From positions 5,698 through 69,697 of the forward strand of contig ONRL01000038.1 in assembly GCA_900320225.1 (NCBI GenBank): a stretch of DNA of 64,000 bases, given 5' to 3'. The notes under the pieces were generated by a model. It did not search any database. It was not told the DNA's origin and saw nothing but the letters and a program-made list of their open reading frames with translations. The position numbers and the translations under genes were made by a program. The DNA is from an uncultured Lentisphaerota bacterium (GTDB taxonomy: Bacteria; Verrucomicrobiota; Kiritimatiellia; RFP12; UBA1067). Numbering within the stretch: the first letter of the stretch is position 1; each line of letters opens with the position of its first letter. Below are positions 58,137 to 64,000 of the stretch, one piece after another.

Positions 58137-58757
58137 ATGCCACGATACGACATGAGAATCAGCGAGAAGAATCTGCTGCGGTTGGCAGAGTGCGCTCGCA
58201 ACGGGCGGGTGGTCGTGTTCGACACGGAGACAACCGGTTGCACCACGTATGACGAAATCTGCCAGATCGCCGCGGTCGAGTACGTGAACGGCAAGCTTTC
58301 GCGCACATTTGCGCGCTACATCTGCCCGACGTGCGAGATGAACCCGTTCGCGGAGATGGTGCACGGTCTGTCACTTGATTTCCTGCACGAACACGGCCTC
58401 GAACCGGAAGAGGCGATGCGGCAGTTCTTCGAGTTCGTGGGCGACGACGTGCTGCTCGTCGCGCACAACGCCACGTTCGACATGCGGATGGTCCGCCAGG
58501 AGTGCCGGAAGTTCGGCCTCGCGTTCGCGCCGCAGGACGTGGAGACGTGCGATACGCTCGCTCTCTCCCGCCGGCTGCGTCCGGACCTGCCCAGCCACAA
58601 GCTCTCGTACCTCATCGGCGCGCTGGATATCGACGGCGTCAACAGCCACGACGCCCTCGACGACGCCCTCGCCTGCGCCGGCGTTTTCTTCACGTTTCTT
58701 AAACAGGTTGCAAAACAGGAACAGCGCAGAGCCACGGACTGCGGATTTTTGGTATAA
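58137..58757 (+). CDS. DEDDh 3'-5' exonuclease (DnaQ / DNA polymerase III epsilon-like)
   Basis: Exo I ..VVFDTETTG.., Exo II ..LVAHNATFDMRM.. and Exo III ..HDALDDALA... Confidence 0.85.
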   Translation: MPRYDMRISEKNLLRLAECARNGRVVVFDTETTGCTTYDEICQIAAVEYVNGKLSRTFARYICPTCEMNPFAEMVHGLSLDFLHEHGLEPEEAMRQFFEFVGDDVLLVAHNATFDMRMVRQECRKFGLAFAPQDVETCDTLALSRRLRPDLPSHKLSYLIGALDIDGVNSHDALDDALACAGVFFTFLKQVAKQEQRRATDCGFLV

Positions 58758-58767
58758 TCTCTTTCAA

Positions 58768-59349
58768 ATGAAGACGATCATGACGAAATCGGACATCCGG
58801 AACTTGATGCGCACGCGCCGACGGGAGGTCGATCCCGAGGAGCGCGAGGAGGCGTCGGCGGCGATCTGCGACGCCGTGTGGGCGCGCGCCGACGTGCAGG
58901 CGGCCGTGGCGGCGAAGCATCCGTTCGCGGTGTACCTCGCGAACGACGACGAGATCGACCTCGCGCCGCTCGTGGAGCGACTCTGGGCGGCGGACGTGGC
59001 GGTGGCCGTGCCGTACTGGCACGCCGAGTCGGGCACGTACCGTCTTGCAATCTACACGAACGCCTCGACGCTGGTCGAGGGGTTTCACGGCATCATGGAG
59101 CCGGCGGAGACGTACGACATCGCGCCGTGCGACATCGGCGTGTGGATCGTGCCGGGCCTCGCGTTCACGCGCGACGGACGGCGGATCGGGTACGGCGGCG
59201 GCTGGTACGACCGGTATCTTGCGGTTGCGGCGCCCGACGCGGTCGCGCTTGCCGTCGCGTATCCGTTCCAGATCCTCGACGACGTGCCGACGGATCCGAA
59301 CGACCGCCGCGTGACCGACGTGGTAACGACAAGGAGCGATGACGAATGA
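58768..59349 (+). CDS. 5-formyltetrahydrofolate cyclo-ligase
   Basis: ..IRNLMRTRRREV.., ..GIMEP.. and ..VPGLAFTRDGRRIGYGGGWYDRYL.. are MTHFS family signatures. Confidence 0.85.
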   Translation: MKTIMTKSDIRNLMRTRRREVDPEEREEASAAICDAVWARADVQAAVAAKHPFAVYLANDDEIDLAPLVERLWAADVAVAVPYWHAESGTYRLAIYTNASTLVEGFHGIMEPAETYDIAPCDIGVWIVPGLAFTRDGRRIGYGGGWYDRYLAVAAPDAVALAVAYPFQILDDVPTDPNDRRVTDVVTTRSDDE

Positions 59350-61265
59350 AGAAGACGATGATTACGATGATTGCGGTCGCGGCAAGCGCGACCCTCTCGG
59401 CGTTTCGGCCGCCGGCCGTGCCGCTCGTGTCGGTGGAGCCGCACTTCAGTCTGTGGAGCCGGGCCGACCGGCTCTACGACGTGGACACCACGCACTGGGC
59501 CGGCGCCGTCCAGCCGCTGACCGTGCTCCTCGAGGCGGACGGCGTGACCTACCGCCTCTGCGGACGCGGCGACGGGCGCGGCGTGGAGATGCCCGTGCTG
59601 CCGCAGGTTTCGTGCCGCGTGGGCGCGACCGTGACCTCCTACCGCTTCGCCGACGGGAAGGGCCTCTCCGCCGAGGTGGATTTCACGACTCCGCGCCTGA
59701 CGGACGACCTCGACGTCTTCTCGCGTCCGGTCACCTACCTCACCGTGCGCGTGGCCGGGGCGAAGAACACCACCGTGAAGGCCACCATCTCCGCGTCGTT
59801 CGCCACGAACGACGACAAGGCGAAGATGACGTGGGAGACGCGCTCCGTGGCGGGCGTGCAGGATGTTTCCGTCGGCCGCGCCGAACAGACCCCGTTCTCC
59901 GTTCGCGGCGACCGCAAGCGCGCCGACTGGGGCCGCGTGCATCTTGTGGGCCCGTTTGGAGCGGAAGGTTGCACCACCTACATCCTCGCCTACGACAACG
60001 TGAAGAACGTGCGTTTCTTCGGGACGGAGCTGGTGGACTGGTGGCGGCGCGGCGGCAAGTCGTTCGACGCGATGCTCGCCGAGGCCGTCCGCGACGCGCC
60101 GGCGCTCGAGGCGAAATGCCGCGCGTTCGACGACGCCTTCCGGCGCGACATGGAGTCGGTCGGCGGCGCGAAGTACGCCGCGATCGCGGAGCTCGCCTGG
60201 CGTCAGAGCTTCGCCGCGTGCGCGTTCGTGGCGAACGCGGACGGCGAGCCGTTCTTGATGTCCGCCGAGAACGGCTCCGGCGGCATGATCGGCACGACGG
60301 ACGTGTTCTACCCGCAGCTGCCGCACCTGCTGCTGACGAGCCTCACGCTCGCGAAGGCGACGCTCGCCCCCACGTGCATCTACGCCGCGTCCGACAAATG
60401 GCCCTATCCGTACGCCCCGCACGACCTCGGCCTCTACCCCGTGGCGGAAGGGCAGTACTACGGCATGAAAAAGGGGCAGTCCGTCGGCGGCGGCACGGAC
60501 GACACGTTCCGCATGCCGGTGGAGGAGTGCGGCAACATGCTCATCGCGCTCGCGGCGGTGGCGAAGGCCGAGGGGAACGCGGATTTCGCGGGACGCTGGT
60601 GGGGCGAGGTGACGAAGTGGGCGGAGTACCTCACGAAGTTCGGTTACGATCCCGGCAACCAGCTCTGCACCGACGACTTCGCGGGACATCTCGCGCACAA
60701 CGCAAACCTTTCGATCAAGTCGATCATGGCGCTCGCCTCGTACGCGCTGATGGCGGAGATGCGCGGGGATCGCGCGACGGCCGAGAAGTACCGCGCGCTC
60801 GCCGCGTCGATGGCGCCGCGCTGGATCGAGGCGGCGAAGGGCGGCGCGCACGGCGGCGGACGTATCGCCTTCGACCGGCCCGGCACCTGGAGCCTCAAGT
60901 ACAACCTCGTGTGGGACCGTCTCCTCGGCTTCAACCTCTTCCCGAAGGAGGTGGCGGAGGCGGAGCTGCGCGTCTACCGCCAGGTGGCGGGCCCCTACGG
61001 CGTGCCGCTCGACTGCCGCAAGACGTACACGAAGTCCGACTGGCTCGTGTGGTGCGGCGCGCTGATCGGCAAGACCGAGGACCTCGCGTTCCTGTGCGAC
61101 GGCATCTACCGGTTCCTCGACGAGACGCCGGACCGCGTCGCGTTCAGCGACTGGTACATGACGGATTCCGGCCTCTTCCGCGGCTTCATCGCGCGGAGCG
61201 TGGTGGGCGGCGTGTACATGCCCGCGCTCTTCCGCGACGACCTCGTGAAGAAATACAGGAAGTAG
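59346..61265 (+). CDS. Glutaminase-A-like (DUF4965/DUF1793-type) six-hairpin glycosidase-fold protein, secreted
   Basis: Signal peptide MKKTMITMIAVAASATLSA. ..FRPPAVPLVSVEPHFSLWS.. is the typical N-terminus of this family. Confidence 0.65.
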   Translation: MKKTMITMIAVAASATLSAFRPPAVPLVSVEPHFSLWSRADRLYDVDTTHWAGAVQPLTVLLEADGVTYRLCGRGDGRGVEMPVLPQVSCRVGATVTSYRFADGKGLSAEVDFTTPRLTDDLDVFSRPVTYLTVRVAGAKNTTVKATISASFATNDDKAKMTWETRSVAGVQDVSVGRAEQTPFSVRGDRKRADWGRVHLVGPFGAEGCTTYILAYDNVKNVRFFGTELVDWWRRGGKSFDAMLAEAVRDAPALEAKCRAFDDAFRRDMESVGGAKYAAIAELAWRQSFAACAFVANADGEPFLMSAENGSGGMIGTTDVFYPQLPHLLLTSLTLAKATLAPTCIYAASDKWPYPYAPHDLGLYPVAEGQYYGMKKGQSVGGGTDDTFRMPVEECGNMLIALAAVAKAEGNADFAGRWWGEVTKWAEYLTKFGYDPGNQLCTDDFAGHLAHNANLSIKSIMALASYALMAEMRGDRATAEKYRALAASMAPRWIEAAKGGAHGGGRIAFDRPGTWSLKYNLVWDRLLGFNLFPKEVAEAELRVYRQVAGPYGVPLDCRKTYTKSDWLVWCGALIGKTEDLAFLCDGIYRFLDETPDRVAFSDWYMTDSGLFRGFIARSVVGGVYMPALFRDDLVKKYRK

Positions 61266-61303
61266 ACTGGCAAGATTGATTTTAACGAACAGGAGGAATG
61301 AAA

Positions 61304-64000
61304 ATGACAAGGAAAATATCGTGTTCCATTTCTCTGTGGGCGACAGGAGCGTTCATTGCCCTCGCCGGTGCGCTGTCTGCGGCGACCGTCACGGAAGATG
61401 AGGCGCGTGCAGCCGCGTCCGCATTTATTCTGGCCGATCCTGTCGGTTCTGCAGTCTTGCGCGGACGGACGGTCTCCACGGTGTTCGAACGTGATGGACT
61501 CTGGATTGCCGCACTTTCGCCCTCTGGGCACGTTATTCTGAGCGGAAGCGACCTGGCCGACCCGATCGTGGGCTTTTCCACGAATGACTTCGCGGAGCCG
61601 GACCCGGATTCCCCGGCGTACACCTACCTCGCGGGAATCAGCGCTTCGCTCGCGGCGCAGGAGGCGAATGGTGGCGTGCGCCACGCCCGATGGAATCGTT
61701 TGCTTGGCGGCGGAACGAACCTGAAGCTCATGGCGGCAGCCATTGAATCCCCGGAAACAGTCGTGATTCCGCCGTTCCTGCAGTCGCACTACAACCAATG
61801 TCAGCCTTACAACGACTACGTGCCCGTGTACAAATCGAGCACCAATGACCTAGGTTCCTATCGTGGGCGCTGTCCGTGCGGATGCGTGGCCACCGCCGCC
61901 GCGCAGGAATTTCGGCATTTCCGCTGGCCTGCGCGAATTGATCGCGTCGATTCCTTCAACCATTCCTTCACGGACACCAACAATGTCGAGACGGCGTTTC
62001 CGCTCCGCTTCGACGGGCATCTTCCAATTGACTGGGGGTCGCTCGAAGATGACTACGTCTCCTATGCCAGCTATTGTGTGACGAACTATTATCCAGGCGG
62101 AGGATACAGTTGGGGGTGGAGGTATGATTATGATCTGCGCGGTTTTGTTGACGAGTCCGTGCGTTATCCCATCGCTCGTCTTGTCCTGTTTGCGGACGTG
62201 CTCGCGAGAATGTCGTTCAAAAGCGGCAGTTCCAGTGCGAACTACGGTACGGTTGCGAACAATGCGTCTGAATGGTACGTCAAGGGCGAATGGGTTGACA
62301 TGGTTGATGGCGCAGAACGCATCAAGAACGACATTCTCGCCGGCGTTCCGTGCCAGGTCTCCATTGGCGCATACAACGAAAACAATGTGCGATACAAAGG
62401 GCACGAAGTTGTGGCACATGGTTGGGCGGAGTCCGGCTCCATACAATACTTGTACATAAACTTTGGCTGGGGCGGTTCGAACGACGGCTACTACAATCTC
62501 GCAGACAATATTCAGGACTACCAGGAAAAGCAAGTACTTGTCGGGCACTACCCGCGCGCGAAGCCTCAGATCGACCCGTTGCCGAAAGTATGTGGCACGA
62601 GCCTCTCGCTGAATTGGCATTTCCCCGACTTCTACACGAACAAACTTTCGGGATTCACGGTGTCGATTTCCAGAAACGCGACGACGCCAACGACCTTCCT
62701 CGACGATTTCTCCGCATCGACAGGTGTGTCGTCCTCTGAGGCTGGCATATACGTCACAACCGACAGCGCCGGTTATGACGACAACCTTCTGTTCACTAAA
62801 CCTACAGCCGCCGGAACCTATACGTTTCCCGGTTCCTACACGCTTACATCTGCATCTGTGTTGACATTTAAATTGTACAGCTTCGCAGCACTTGGTGCCG
62901 TGTATCAGATTGAGGCGCGTTTTAATGGCGGGGATTGGACGCCACTTTGTACACCCACGCTGAAAGCAGACTGGGGGGCATCTGGATGGAGCACGGAACG
63001 CATCTATCTCGGTTCGTATGGTGGGCAGACGGCGCAATTCAGAATCCGCAACAGCCACAGCGGTTCATATTACCCGCAAGACGAGAGCAGAATCCAACTT
63101 GACGATTTCCGTGTCACAGACGTGCTTGCGCCTGTCGCCCCGGAGACGCTGACCGTCGGCAAGACGGCGCGCAGCGCCTCGCTGAGCGGGTTTTCGGGCG
63201 GAGCGACGTACTCGTTCACCGTCACGCCGAACATCTCCGGCGCCCTTGTTGACGGCGAGACATCAGAATCCGTTTCGACAGCTATCGCCGGAACAAGGAA
63301 TACTCCGATTCCCGGCGAACAGTCGTATTCGTCCCAGAACCTCGTGTTCTCCACGACAGACACAAGCGGCACATGGTCGTATGCAGGTACTGCTGTTGAC
63401 GATACAACGGTACTCCATCGCAACAATTGCTCCGTCTCCGCTGTGATTAGCGGAAGCCTCACGGCGACATCAACGCTGACATTTGATTGGAGTACGTACA
63501 ATTATTACGGGAACGGATCGGATACGCTCTCCGTAGCTTTTATAGCGGCTGATGGAACGCAGACGACTTTATGGAACATTTCCAACTCTGCCGATGCTTC
63601 GCGTCAATCGGTTAACATCTCGTTGGGTAGTTTGGCGGGACAGTCTGGCACTGTGAAGCTTTCCTACACGCATAGTGGTTCATATTATACTTCATCAGAT
63701 GCCGGCGGCAGGTTTTACGCTCCACGAATCACCAATGTCCTTGTCCCGTCCGTTCCTGCCGTGGCGTGGGAGACGGAGACGCTGACGGCGCTCGGAACGC
63801 CGGAAATCCGCTCCGTCTCTTCCGTGTCTGAGGGCTTCTACAGCGAGTGCGGTCTGGGGACGACGACTTTCTCCGTGACCTGCTCCGAGAGCGTCACGAG
63901 CTTGCAGGCGCTGCCGAGCCACTTGGCGCTTGTCGGTGACAACGACGTGACCGTCACGCCTCGGGGCAATGGCCGGTTCACGGTCTCCGTCACGCCGAGC
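61304..64000 (+). CDS. Peptidase C10 (streptopain-like cysteine protease) with long C-terminal extension; 3' end outside window
   Basis: Not in the ORF track because it is unterminated. My translation from ATG 61304 (AGGAGG RBS at 61291) is open to nt 64000. Signal peptide, then a Spi-like prodomain (..EDEARAAASAFI..), ..QSHYNQCQPYNDYVP.., catalytic Cys in ..CGCVATAAAQEF.. and His in ..GHEVVAHGW... Visibly AT-richer than neighbouring genes. Confidence 0.8.
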   Translation, partial: MTRKISCSISLWATGAFIALAGALSAATVTEDEARAAASAFILADPVGSAVLRGRTVSTVFERDGLWIAALSPSGHVILSGSDLADPIVGFSTNDFAEPDPDSPAYTYLAGISASLAAQEANGGVRHARWNRLLGGGTNLKLMAAAIESPETVVIPPFLQSHYNQCQPYNDYVPVYKSSTNDLGSYRGRCPCGCVATAAAQEFRHFRWPARIDRVDSFNHSFTDTNNVETAFPLRFDGHLPIDWGSLEDDYVSYASYCVTNYYPGGGYSWGWRYDYDLRGFVDESVRYPIARLVLFADVLARMSFKSGSSSANYGTVANNASEWYVKGEWVDMVDGAERIKNDILAGVPCQVSIGAYNENNVRYKGHEVVAHGWAESGSIQYLYINFGWGGSNDGYYNLADNIQDYQEKQVLVGHYPRAKPQIDPLPKVCGTSLSLNWHFPDFYTNKLSGFTVSISRNATTPTTFLDDFSASTGVSSSEAGIYVTTDSAGYDDNLLFTKPTAAGTYTFPGSYTLTSASVLTFKLYSFAALGAVYQIEARFNGGDWTPLCTPTLKADWGASGWSTERIYLGSYGGQTAQFRIRNSHSGSYYPQDESRIQLDDFRVTDVLAPVAPETLTVGKTARSASLSGFSGGATYSFTVTPNISGALVDGETSESVSTAIAGTRNTPIPGEQSYSSQNLVFSTTDTSGTWSYAGTAVDDTTVLHRNNCSVSAVISGSLTATSTLTFDWSTYNYYGNGSDTLSVAFIAADGTQTTLWNISNSADASRQSVNISLGSLAGQSGTVKLSYTHSGSYYTSSDAGGRFYAPRITNVLVPSVPAVAWETETLTALGTPEIRSVSSVSEGFYSECGLGTTTFSVTCSESVTSLQALPSHLALVGDNDVTVTPRGNGRFTVSVTPS

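Noticed and set aside
58708-58719. Half-site of the REP-like palindrome (TTGCAAAACAGG) inside the last codons of the DnaQ-like gene.
   Set aside because: Only one arm is present, so chance similarity or an ancient remnant cannot be distinguished. It is not counted as a repeat copy.

Overview
GC-rich bacterial chromosomal window. PEP-CTERM sorting tails, a PSCyt1-type CxxCH domain, a PPi-dependent phosphofructokinase and many secreted or lipoprotein glycan-active enzymes suggest a PVC-group bacterium (Kiritimatiellota, Lentisphaerota or Verrucomicrobiota); this is inference only. The window has two parts. (1) nt 1-18.7 kb is an accessory, compositionally patchy region. It holds three paralogous copies of a five-family envelope gene cassette: DUP secreted protein, PEP-CTERM protein, family-A bitopic protein, S270 secreted protein, family-B bitopic protein. 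Two copies carry an antisense NYN-domain (PIN-fold RNase) gene inserted between S270 and B, with its own conserved promoter and 5'UTR. The region also contains a TA remnant, a DUF4143-type ATPase, an Abi fragment, several gene fragments, a tyrosine recombinase, and a HUH/Y1 (RAYT-like) transposase flanked by copies of a 23-29 nt palindrome that recurs at gene ends. (2) nt 18.7-64 kb is mostly core: panB, ribH, pfp, mazG, ispH, three tRNAs, smc, recJ, rpmE, prfA, two tRNAs, rpe, an SNF2+SWIM pair, pyrK/pyrD, a DnaQ-like exonuclease and MTHFS. These are interleaved with secreted hydrolases, an amino-sugar cluster and a partial C10 cysteine protease. Notable small-scale signals: two families of GC-rich hairpin repeats inserted in-frame inside coding regions; a (GGGGAAC)8 heptamer tract inside an SBP-permease fusion gene; a perfect 13-bp tandem duplication that frameshifts a large CxxCH protein; an in-frame loss of the metal-binding segment of PanB; a truncated sigma-54 activator; and a recurrent promoter pattern TTGCRN-N17-TAYAMT. 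All calls come from manual reading of the sequence and ORF track. No database search was run.
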